From positions 1 through 27,186 of the IMG/VR virus record IMGVR_UViG_3300037440_000109: a stretch of 27,186 nucleotides of DNA. One strand, written 5' to 3'. The translations under genes were made by a program, and so were the position numbers. The notes under the pieces are model-generated. The model was not told where the DNA came from. It saw nothing but the letters and a program-made list of their open reading frames with translations, and did not search any database. Positions 1 through 7,613 of this stretch are shown piece after piece. The stretch's first letter is position 1; each line of letters starts with the position of its first letter. The DNA comes from a virus (Duplodnaviria > Caudoviricetes).

Positions 1-26
1 TGAGCCCTTCTGTGGAGGGTTTCGCC

Positions 27-230
27 ATGAGCGCCAACGTCAAGCCGCTGTTCCCCCCGGATGCCCTGTGTAGCGTCTCAGCGAGCCGTGGAGGCGTTAC
101 GCTGACGATTGAGGGGCAGATGACTGTAGCCACCGCCAATAGGCTCCTGGCCCGCTGGGCGATTGCCGAGGGATGGCACTTTCGAGAGCACTTTTGGGAG
201 GTTTGGAGGCCGGTGGATCCGAGGGGCTAG
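27..230 (+). CDS. Hypothetical protein (67 aa), convergent with the late operon
   Basis: GGAGG at 14-18 precedes ATG at 27. Its stop overlaps the opposite-strand stop in CTAG (227-230). Confidence 0.55.
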   Translation: MSANVKPLFPPDALCSVSASRGGVTLTIEGQMTVATANRLLARWAIAEGWHFREHFWEVWRPVDPRG

Positions 231-475
231 GGCTCCGGATGAACGAACGATGGCTCATGGTAGTACGTCTCGTCCCCTGGCATCTTGGCGAGCTTGTAGG
301 TTTTGAGCTTTAGCTTTTCGAGCTTCGCCTGCCGCTTCGCCCAATGTGAATCCGACTCGTTCGGCCACCGCTTGAGAGCCACGGCATAGTTGAGTCGCTC
401 ATGATCATGGATGGTGACGGGGATCTGTCCGATCTCTTCCCCAACACCACCGCAATGCGTGGCTACGTGGCTAAT
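227..475 (-). CDS. Hypothetical protein (82 aa) with probable ATT start, absent from the ORF track
   Basis: Minus strand reads TAAGGAGAAGGACC-ATT-AGC-CAC, then an open frame (I/M)SHVATHCGGVGEEIGQIPVTIHDHERLNYAVALKRWPNESDSHWAKRQAKLEKLKLKTYKLAKMPGDETYYHEPSFVHPEP to TAG. It fills the gap between flanking genes. Confidence 0.55.
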   Translation of the reverse strand: MSHVATHCGGVGEEIGQIPVTIHDHERLNYAVALKRWPNESDSHWAKRQAKLEKLKLKTYKLAKMPGDETYYHEPSFVHPEP

Positions 476-486
476 GGTCCTTCTCC

Positions 487-846
487 TTAATGCTCGGTGG
501 CTTCGTAGATACCCTTCGCGACCAACTGCGCCTTCAGGGCGTTGTGGTCGTATTGAACGATCTCGAGCTTGGCTCGCGTCGTCTGTGCTTGGGCGTCCAT
601 CGCTGCCGTGTACGCCCTAATCTCGCCCTGCAACGCCTGCGCCTGACTGACGGCATCCGATGATCTGACCAGTGCCCATGTGCCCAGAGAGACGCCGAAG
701 ATCAACCCGAGGGCCGCGATGATGATGCAAAGGACTATCAGCCATTTTTCGCTGAAGCCGTACTGGATGACCTGCGCCGAATAGGGCGACGTTCTGGCAT
801 CCACCGAATACGGCGAGTCTTGCCGCATCGACGGAGCGTCAGTCAC
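487..846 (-). CDS. Single-pass membrane protein with C-terminal coiled coil (119 aa), lysis region
   Basis: GTG start overlaps the upstream TGA (GTGA). TM segment WLIVLCIIIAALGLIFGVSLGTWALV is followed by an Ala/Gln-rich helix. Confidence 0.7.
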   Translation of the reverse strand: MTDAPSMRQDSPYSVDARTSPYSAQVIQYGFSEKWLIVLCIIIAALGLIFGVSLGTWALVRSSDAVSQAQALQGEIRAYTAAMDAQAQTTRAKLEIVQYDHNALKAQLVAKGIYEATEH

Positions 847-1124
847 TGACCCTGCTGTAGCATCCTCAGCGCTTCCTGCATCATCGCGATAACCGCGTTC
901 TGCACCGCGTCGATCGCGCTCCCGTCCGAGATCTGGGCTTGAAGCCCGATCATCATGTTCAGCATCCACACCTGTGCTCCGATGATTGTCACGAGGAACA
1001 GCGTCACTAACGAAGCCGCGACCCACCAGACTATTTTGTTGGACCCGTTATGCTCGGTGCGGGTCATGATATATCTGGGCTGACCGTAGGGCAGATGGTA
1101 AGGGTCGTGCTCGTCAGTAGACAT
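843..1124 (-). CDS. Single-pass membrane protein with helical C-terminus (93 aa; in-frame ATG also at 1217)
   Basis: GGAAGGA precedes ATG at 1124. TM segment IVWWVAASLVTLFLVTIIGAQVW is followed by an amphipathic helix. Confidence 0.7.
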   Translation of the reverse strand: MSTDEHDPYHLPYGQPRYIMTRTEHNGSNKIVWWVAASLVTLFLVTIIGAQVWMLNMMIGLQAQISDGSAIDAVQNAVIAMMQEALRMLQQGQ

Positions 1125-1235
1125 GTAATCCTTCCGGCCCAGTCGCCTCAAGTGATATCGAGCCCACGCCTGCACATACCAGTTGGACAGACGCCCCCTT
1201 TGTTTCTCAGCCAGCATAGAACAGCTAACTACATA

Positions 1236-1529
1236 CTACGCAGTTTTCAGCGTGTCCAACAGCCTCGCTTCGATCAGCATTTTTCTCTGTTTGAGGTAGT
1301 CGCGCCGGTCGGTTTCTTCCGGCGTCAAGCTCCTGTTTTCCTCGATGCCGCGAAGGAGCCGTATGTCCAGTTCCAGTAGCTTGAGCTCGGTCTCCAGCTT
1401 CCCGACCTCTTGCTCTGCCGCGAGAAGCTCATGAGCATCCGCAGCCTCAGAAGCTTTCTCGAAGTACGCTATCCCGCCCGCGATCATGGCGACCAAGGTC
1501 CCGACTTCGATGATTGTCTTGACGTTCAT
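1236..1529 (-). CDS. N-anchored membrane protein with coiled coil (97 aa)
   Basis: ATGA overlap with the upstream gene. Hydrophobic N-terminus IIEVGTLVAMIAGGIAYF and leucine-rich heptads LETELKLLELDIRLL. Confidence 0.7.
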   Translation of the reverse strand: MNVKTIIEVGTLVAMIAGGIAYFEKASEAADAHELLAAEQEVGKLETELKLLELDIRLLRGIEENRSLTPEETDRRDYLKQRKMLIEARLLDTLKTA

Positions 1530-1762
1530 TGCCCGTTGATCCCCCCCTTGGTCATCCGCAGATTCAGCCCCGTGATCCGATCGTGAAGCGCCGCGGTATC
1601 GTGCCTACGCCGTTCTTCGACGGCTTTGATGTCTTCGTGGTTGCGATCGGTATCCCGCCTCACGTACTTCAGCTCTGTCTTGACGGCAAGCCATGCTCCA
1701 CCTGCCGCAAAGGCTGCGGATAGCAGGGCGATGCCGATATTGACGAGGAGCTGTACATCCAT
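1526..1762 (-). CDS. N-anchored membrane protein with coiled coil (78 aa), holin-region protein
   Basis: TM segment LLVNIGIALLSAAFAAGGAWLAV followed by a charged helix ending LHDRIT. This architecture is common next to phage lysins. Confidence 0.7.
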   Translation of the reverse strand: MDVQLLVNIGIALLSAAFAAGGAWLAVKTELKYVRRDTDRNHEDIKAVEERRRHDTAALHDRITGLNLRMTKGGINGQ

Positions 1763-1780
1763 TTCACTTGGCAGATCCTG

Positions 1781-2116
1781 CTATGCAGATTTATTGGCCG
1801 GCGCGAAGTAGGTCCCAATCGCCGCGCCCAACCAAACTGCCGCTTGATCGGCAACCCCTGGTGTGATCACGCCCGCGAGAAACGGGAATCGAATTACGAC
1901 GATCATCCCGAGACCGCCGACGATCGCTCCGATAGCCTTGCTGTACTTACCCATGCTGATAACCTCCGGTTGCTCTACTGTTGAAATCTCGCCCCTGCGT
2001 GCAGCTCGTTTGGCGGCACGCTTGTCCTTTCGTCGTTGCTTGGCTTCGGGACTGAACGGGCGCTTCTCGATCCATTTAAGTGCGATTCTGGATACGAGCT
2101 CGAGAGTTGCGCTCAC
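1781..2116 (-). CDS. Putative holin; 111-aa long form and 57-aa short form from internal ATG at 1954
   Basis: Directly follows the lysin candidate. Two hydrophobic segments and a C-terminal YFAPANK end. An internal GGAGG (1963-1967) precedes ATG at 1954. Confidence 0.65.
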   Translation of the reverse strand: MSATLELVSRIALKWIEKRPFSPEAKQRRKDKRAAKRAARRGEISTVEQPEVISMGKYSKAIGAIVGGLGMIVVIRFPFLAGVITPGVADQAAVWLGAAIGTYFAPANKSA

Positions 2117-2511
2117 GGCTGGTACTGCCGTATCTCAAGCTCGAACTCATTGCGCCCGTAGTGCTCCATGAACAGCGCGAACGCGGTCCCGGAATCCAAG
2201 CCAGCCCATATACCCTTGAGCGTCCCGAGACGGCTTGTAACCGCGATGCAGCCTGCCAAGTCGTGCATGACATTGCCCTTGTGGAACAGGATGTACGTGC
2301 GCCCTGGCACGTCACAGACCTCGACAGCCGGATAACCGCCGCGGTTGTAGCGGCGTGGCTTGCAGGTGTAGGTGCCCAGCGGGATGCAGCTCACAGACGG
2401 CTTGTTGTCCAACCAGGGTCTCTCGACTGTGTAGAGCCGTTGGCCATCTACCGTGATCTCGCCAAAGCACCCGAACTCAGTCCAGGCGAAGCGGGTTAGA
2501 ACTAGGCTCAC
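2113..2511 (-). CDS. DUF5675-like protein, putative endolysin (His/Cys motif resembling L,D-transpeptidases)
   Basis: Motifs TVERPWLDNKPSVSCIPLGTY, VPGRTYILFHKGN and LAGCI. Located between the tailspike and the holin candidate. Confidence 0.8.
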   Translation of the reverse strand: MSLVLTRFAWTEFGCFGEITVDGQRLYTVERPWLDNKPSVSCIPLGTYTCKPRRYNRGGYPAVEVCDVPGRTYILFHKGNVMHDLAGCIAVTSRLGTLKGIWAGLDSGTAFALFMEHYGRNEFELEIRQYQP

Positions 2512-4319
2512 GTCAACCCGTAGTTCAGTTCGTTATTGATGATCCGTTTCGTGCCCGAAGCGGTCCACGTCGTTTCGGTGGGGCCGTATTGCAATGTGAT
2601 CGTGCCACTGGTTTGGATCAGCGCAGAGACCTGGTTGAAGATGCTGTTATCCGCCCCCTGAATGATGCAGCGCCGCTCTCTCGCCGGCCGAATGGACGCA
2701 GGCATCCCTGTGAGCGTGGCGCTGGTGGCATCGCTCGTACCTTGTAAGTCTGGAACGTACAGATTGACCTTATCCCGATGCCGCTCCCATCTCGCCGTAC
2801 CCGTCACCGAACTATCAACCCCGGTTAGGGTGACGGTGTAGGTCCCAGACTCGTATTCCTCCTGAATCGTTCCAGAGGTGTTAGTCCAAAACGTCGAGCC
2901 GTCCGTCGTCTGATTGATGACATCGACGAAGAAGTTTCGGGCGTAGGTGTAGGGGCCAAACTCAGTCCCAATCTTGGTCGTGAAGTGCCGACCCGCCGTA
3001 CCGGTCATCGCTATGATGTTGCACAGATTGTCCTTGACCGTGCAGCGGATGTTGTTCTTCATCTCCAGCGCAACAATGTCACCGCCCCCGGTGTAGTCGC
3101 TGGTGATCTCATGCCCCAAGTTATTTGAGAACTCGGTGCAGGTATTGCCGTTCAAGTGCCATACAGATCCGTTGTGGACCTCACACCCGTTGCCTGTGAC
3201 GGTTCCACCCAGACAAGACTTGATCTCATAGGCCAGACAAATTTCTGTGGTGCCGACCTTCCACGTTCCACCCCCGGCATCGCAGGCGTTGTTGTTAAAG
3301 TGGCTGTAGTGCGCCGACCAGTAATAACCGGCGAATCGCGCATGGGCAACGAAGTTGTTGCGCATGTTGGTGGACGTTGCGAAGTCTTGGTAGAACCCAC
3401 GCTGCACATTGGCAGCGACGTTGCTGCTGACCTCTGAGTAGATCGACGACAAAGCGCCCCAAAAGAATCCAACCTCGACGTATTGAGCGAGACAGTTTTG
3501 CACTCGCCCGTTCGCCATGCCGCCGAAGAAAAACCCATACTCGACAGCGGTATCGTTCGGACTAGACGTGTCCCCCTGGACTTGAATGTTCTTGCACGTC
3601 CCCGACCAAACGGTAGACGCGCCTTCGATGAAGTGAAGCACACAGATCGGAAAGCCGACGGTTGCGCTGTCCCAAAACCGCACGGTCGCATCAGTCACGG
3701 ATGAAGCGGTGTTGGTGGTTTTCTTGAGGATCGCGCTGTATTCGTCCTCGCCCAGAATATGCACACCGGCAGGAACGATGATCGGAGCGTTGGTGCTGTA
3801 GGTTCCAGAGGCGATGTAGACCGTTCCGCCTCCTGCGGCTTCCGCGACATCGCAAGCGTCTTGCAGCGCGGTGGAATTGGCGGTCGCAGTCCCCGTGGTG
3901 CTCAGCCCGTAGCGGCGTGCGTCGAAGAACGGAGCGCCGGCCGCGTAGGCATAGTTGACCGGTGTCACGCTTGCGGCGATCTCTTCGTCGGTTTGAGGGT
4001 GTAGGTACTCCCCGATGATGGCTTGCGATAGCAACTGATCGTTCACCGGGTCTACGGTGTAGATCAGCACATCACTGGCGTCGGTCAGCGTGAGTTTGTA
4101 GGTCACATCAGGATCTAGGTAGATCGGCGCAAAGACGCCATTCGCATCGGCCACGACCGGATTGGTGTGCGCTGTATCCAGTGCGCTGGTCGTGAAAACG
4201 TCGGTGAGATCAACCGTGCCGGTCACGTAGAAAGTCGCTTTGGCACCAGGCACCAGGCGCAAGGCTTCCGTGGCAGAAACGTTGACTTGCTTCGGCAGGG
4301 TGAAGATTTGGTGAGCCAT
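2508..4319 (-). CDS. Tailspike / receptor-binding protein with parallel beta-helix (pectate-lyase-like), 603 aa
   Basis: Start at ATG 4319 overlaps the upstream TGA. N-terminal anchor HTNPVVADANGVFAPIYLDP, beta-helix entry motif DARRYG...ALQDACD...GGGTVYIASGTY, Asn-ladder repeats and a C-terminal beta-rich domain. Confidence 0.85.
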   Translation of the reverse strand: MAHQIFTLPKQVNVSATEALRLVPGAKATFYVTGTVDLTDVFTTSALDTAHTNPVVADANGVFAPIYLDPDVTYKLTLTDASDVLIYTVDPVNDQLLSQAIIGEYLHPQTDEEIAASVTPVNYAYAAGAPFFDARRYGLSTTGTATANSTALQDACDVAEAAGGGTVYIASGTYSTNAPIIVPAGVHILGEDEYSAILKKTTNTASSVTDATVRFWDSATVGFPICVLHFIEGASTVWSGTCKNIQVQGDTSSPNDTAVEYGFFFGGMANGRVQNCLAQYVEVGFFWGALSSIYSEVSSNVAANVQRGFYQDFATSTNMRNNFVAHARFAGYYWSAHYSHFNNNACDAGGGTWKVGTTEICLAYEIKSCLGGTVTGNGCEVHNGSVWHLNGNTCTEFSNNLGHEITSDYTGGGDIVALEMKNNIRCTVKDNLCNIIAMTGTAGRHFTTKIGTEFGPYTYARNFFVDVINQTTDGSTFWTNTSGTIQEEYESGTYTVTLTGVDSSVTGTARWERHRDKVNLYVPDLQGTSDATSATLTGMPASIRPARERRCIIQGADNSIFNQVSALIQTSGTITLQYGPTETTWTASGTKRIINNELNYGLT

Positions 4320-5206
4320 CAGAGGTGATAAGTCACGGACCAGCCTATCGGCAGCCCTTTGCTTCCGGAGCCCGTGAAGTTGGACGTAGCTGGGAATACG
4401 CCGGCCGGAGTAGCCGATGCCCAAGCGATTCGCAGGATCACGGTGCCGCTACCGCTTGAAAAAATGCACTGACCCTGAAATTCGTTCCCGTTGTCTAGGA
4501 CTGGACAATACGCGCGCCTTGTCCCGGTGGTTTGAATCGCAGCCGGCAATCCTGTGAAGGCGAGGGAGGTTGCGTTTGATGTGCCTGTAAACGACGAAGA
4601 TGCGTACAAATGCACAAGCCCGCCGATCCTGATGTAGTTGATCGTCCCAGAACCTGATACGACACCTGTGAGCGTTGCGGTGAATGAGCCGGAATCTGAG
4701 TAGACCGCAGGCGCTAGAAGTTGGATTGAATCGGCAACGTTCAGCGTGCGATCGACCGCAAGCACATCGACCCACGATGACAAAGCGTCGTTGCCGACTT
4801 GCAGCAAAAGCTGCTCACCGCTCGCAATCCAACGCCAGTTGCCATTATTGGCTGACGCATCATTTTCGGTGAGCAGGTAGTACGGCGCTGCACCTTCTAT
4901 GGCGAAACTATCAAGAGCCGAGCTGACGCCGCTCGGCACGTTGTCGTCTTGCCGAATTTGCACGTCTGATGCGTCGGTCCATCTGATTCGGTATAACCCA
5001 TTGGCTGGGTCCAAATAGATAGGCGCAAACGACCCTTCGGCATCAGAGACCACCGGATGCGCGTGCGGTGTGACTAAATCTGGCGCTGTGTAGGTCGCGG
5101 CAGCCGTGGTGGTTCCGCTCAAAAAGGCGTAGATCTTCCCTCCCGGCACGACAGCCCCATCGTTTAGGGGGGCGATGCGGGGGAAAGAAAGTAACGTGCC
5201 TGCCAT
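4319..5206 (-). CDS. Tail fibre / second receptor-binding protein (295 aa), paralogous to the tailspike at both ends
   Basis: Shares PVVxDAxGxFAPIYLDP and TDASDV at the N-terminus and SGxxTxTLTGV...GTSxATS...TGxPAxI at the C-terminus with 2508-4319. Confidence 0.8.
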   Translation of the reverse strand: MAGTLLSFPRIAPLNDGAVVPGGKIYAFLSGTTTAAATYTAPDLVTPHAHPVVSDAEGSFAPIYLDPANGLYRIRWTDASDVQIRQDDNVPSGVSSALDSFAIEGAAPYYLLTENDASANNGNWRWIASGEQLLLQVGNDALSSWVDVLAVDRTLNVADSIQLLAPAVYSDSGSFTATLTGVVSGSGTINYIRIGGLVHLYASSSFTGTSNATSLAFTGLPAAIQTTGTRRAYCPVLDNGNEFQGQCIFSSGSGTVILRIAWASATPAGVFPATSNFTGSGSKGLPIGWSVTYHL

Positions 5207-5221
5207 CTGTGATGGATTTCC

Positions 5222-5250
5222 TTGTGAAAGCGGAAGGGTTCGGCTAGATT
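5222..5250 (+). promoter_or_regulatory. Sigma70-like promoter for the antisense gene (probably leaderless transcript)
   Basis: TTGTGA (5222-5227), 17-nt spacer, TAGATT (5245-5250). GTG start at 5257 falls at the expected +1. Confidence 0.5.
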
Positions 5251-5256
5251 CGGGCC

Positions 5257-5562
5257 GTGAATCGGATACACCAATGGCTCAACACAGCCCTCCTGTTGGT
5301 CGCGATTGCCTTACTTGCAATCGACTACCTGCCAGAACGGCATCACGCTTGGGAATTAGATCCCCTCGTCAATGCTACCGACGAAGCGACATGCCTAAGA
5401 GAATTCGCGGACATCCCGGCGAAGTATTGCCGGGTATCTGCCAATTACGACACGATTGCTCGCGAACTCGGATGCCTGCGTGACTTAATCGAAAATACCT
5501 GGAACTGCCCAGATGAAGTCAGGCGGGCGGCGCTAGCCGAATTATCACGCCGAGGCCGCTAA
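5257..5562 (+). CDS. Membrane-anchored protein with four Cys (101 aa); moron / superinfection-exclusion candidate
   Basis: N-terminal hydrophobic helix WLNTALLLVAIALLAI. It fills the gap between two late genes in the opposite orientation, and its stop overlaps the stop of the ejection gene. Confidence 0.65.
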   Translation: MNRIHQWLNTALLLVAIALLAIDYLPERHHAWELDPLVNATDEATCLREFADIPAKYCRVSANYDTIARELGCLRDLIENTWNCPDEVRRAALAELSRRGR

Positions 5563-7613
5563 CGTAGAGCGTTACGCTCCTCTTCCTCTGGATACAACGC
5601 ATTAGCCACTGGCGGCAGATAGCGAAGCTGCCGTAGAGCGTTGCGGCGTGTTCCGGCGCGCTGTGCGGCTTGCGTTGATCGCAGTGCGTTCCCGATCGGC
5701 GTCTCTTGCGCGACCGCAACCTCACGCCCAGCGCGGCCCATATCCCTAATCTGCGATCCGGCGCGAACTGCCCCTGTCACGGTATCGCCAAGAAACGGCA
5801 CCTTAGACAACGTGCGCTCTAAGAACGCTATGGCGTTGGCGAACGTCGGGGAGCCCTTGAAGCCTGTCGGCGGCTCGGTCTTCACGATCCGCGTCGCTTC
5901 CATGATCTTGTCGAGCTGAGCTACCGTGCCTGGGCCAAAAAGCTCCTCAAGCTTTGCGGGCCCAACTGCCTTTAGCGCCCGCTCCAGGGCGGCAGGCGTG
6001 ACGTTGGGCGAGCCGTCCTCGAACCGAGTGACTGATCGCGTGGCCTGGTTGTAGATCTCCTGCAACGTCTGGGCTCGCAGGTCTCGCCATGCCTGCCGCC
6101 CCGCCGTCCGAGTAGCGCCATCTCCCCCGGTCAACAGAGTGCGTTTAACGGCCCGCAGTTCATCGATGGACCCACCAACCACGGTACGGCGCCAAGTGTC
6201 CTCTAGAGCCGTTGCGCGGTCTGTGCGGGATCTGTTTTCGACAAGCCTAGCAACCCCTCCTTGTTCCTCGAACTCCATTGCTTGAGCGCGTCTCGCTGCA
6301 CGGGCAGACTGGTAGGCAGTCCCGCCGGCGCCTTCTGTGGCTTGATCAATCGCGCTAATGACTTTGCCTGCGTAGTACCCCTCAGTCCCACCGTCCATCG
6401 CGCGGGCCACGGCCGCTTGTCGCAGATCCTCTAGCTCCTTGAGCGTGACCGAATTGCGATCAGGGATCGGGCCGGGTTCCTTATTGTTTACGGCACGACT
6501 TTCAAGCCGGCCTCTTACTTGATCTAGCCACGTTCCGACCCAGCCTAAATGAGTCAAGTCCGGGGAATTCTCCAGCACAGCCCGAACAGGCAGAGCAGAT
6601 ACGCGGCCTTGCAGGTCTCCTGCCTGCTCAGCCTCTCTATAAAGCCGCGACACCTCCCGGCGTTGCAATTCCAGCTTGCCCCTGGCCGCGCCCTGCACAG
6701 ATTCACCAACGGCTTCTGGTGAGGCTGCGTTACCACGCGATCGCCCCTGGAGAATTTGCAGGTTCTCCAAAATAGCCCGGTTCTGTGATTGGTAGATCTG
6801 GCGGATCGGCTTGCCTCTTTCAGTAGCCGATACGTTGCCCTCGTTGCGAAGCTGCACCGGATCGCGGGTAAGCTGTCCGCGAGTCGCGGGCAGAGGTGCA
6901 GGGAGCGATTCAATCAGAACTTGGCGCTCAAGCGCGGCCGGATCAAGGTTGTCGAGTGTCCTGGAATCCTTCGCTATCGCAGTGAGCTGGGTTTTTAGCG
7001 CTTGCGGGATCGCGTTCCAATCAAGAGTTGTTTTCTGCGAAACGTAGTCACGAGCTCGTGCCATCTCTGGCGCTTCTGATATGTACGGCTCCGCTCGCGG
7101 GCGGGCTGCTGTCGCTCGAGCGCCACGCGTTCTACCCATCCCTACCAAGGGCAACACGCCTATACCGGCCTTTATCAGATGCCCGGTTGCTCTAACCGCA
7201 GGATCTGGGTTTGACGTGTCCGCTCCCCACTCTATCGCAGCCGTGATCGGCGTCATGAGCGTATTGATCCCGCCCACGATGTTTTTCCCGATCTCGGTCC
7301 GAGGCTGGTACGTGCCGACCGGAGGGTTGTCGATAACATCGGCGCCCGTTCGACCTCCAGGCAAGGCGTCAGCTCCGGCCGCGATCAGTTCATTGATCGG
7401 TGTGGCAACCATGCCTGTGCCAACATGTAGCGCCGCCTCAGCGGCGCCGGCAGGCAAGTAATACTTCGATAGAAACTTCCGAAGCGAACCCTCGGTACGG
7501 GTCTTCGGCGGCGGCTCAGCTTGCGGCTGCTGCGGCCCTACGACTGGATCGTCGCGCCATCCGCCTGTCTGCTCCTGCTGCCGAGAAACAACCGGATCCT
7601 CTTGCCAGGGCAT
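5559..7613 (-). CDS. Large DNA ejection (internal virion) protein, gp16 position, 684 aa
   Basis: Third of three Ala/Gln/Arg-rich helical ORFs after the tail hub. N-terminal WxxDPVV occurs twice. Assigned by synteny with P22 genes 7-20-16. Confidence 0.65.
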   Translation of the reverse strand: MPWQEDPVVSRQQEQTGGWRDDPVVGPQQPQAEPPPKTRTEGSLRKFLSKYYLPAGAAEAALHVGTGMVATPINELIAAGADALPGGRTGADVIDNPPVGTYQPRTEIGKNIVGGINTLMTPITAAIEWGADTSNPDPAVRATGHLIKAGIGVLPLVGMGRTRGARATAARPRAEPYISEAPEMARARDYVSQKTTLDWNAIPQALKTQLTAIAKDSRTLDNLDPAALERQVLIESLPAPLPATRGQLTRDPVQLRNEGNVSATERGKPIRQIYQSQNRAILENLQILQGRSRGNAASPEAVGESVQGAARGKLELQRREVSRLYREAEQAGDLQGRVSALPVRAVLENSPDLTHLGWVGTWLDQVRGRLESRAVNNKEPGPIPDRNSVTLKELEDLRQAAVARAMDGGTEGYYAGKVISAIDQATEGAGGTAYQSARAARRAQAMEFEEQGGVARLVENRSRTDRATALEDTWRRTVVGGSIDELRAVKRTLLTGGDGATRTAGRQAWRDLRAQTLQEIYNQATRSVTRFEDGSPNVTPAALERALKAVGPAKLEELFGPGTVAQLDKIMEATRIVKTEPPTGFKGSPTFANAIAFLERTLSKVPFLGDTVTGAVRAGSQIRDMGRAGREVAVAQETPIGNALRSTQAAQRAGTRRNALRQLRYLPPVANALYPEEEERNALR

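Noticed and set aside
847-1026. 179-aa version of the 487 ORF
   Set aside because: The extension overlaps the upstream membrane gene. The coupled GTG at 846 is more plausible.
4320-4470. Upstream extension of the tailspike ORF to 4424 and a T-run (ATTTTTTC) suggesting a programmed frameshift fusion of the two tail genes
   Set aside because: ATG 4319 is coupled to the upstream stop and matches the paralogue's N-terminus. The -1 frame after the T-run stops within a few codons.
2508-4700. Similar C-termini of the two tail genes as a possible DGR template/variable repeat pair or invertible cassette
   Set aside because: The similarity is only at the diverged protein level. I saw no near-identical DNA repeat, reverse transcriptase or invertase in the window.
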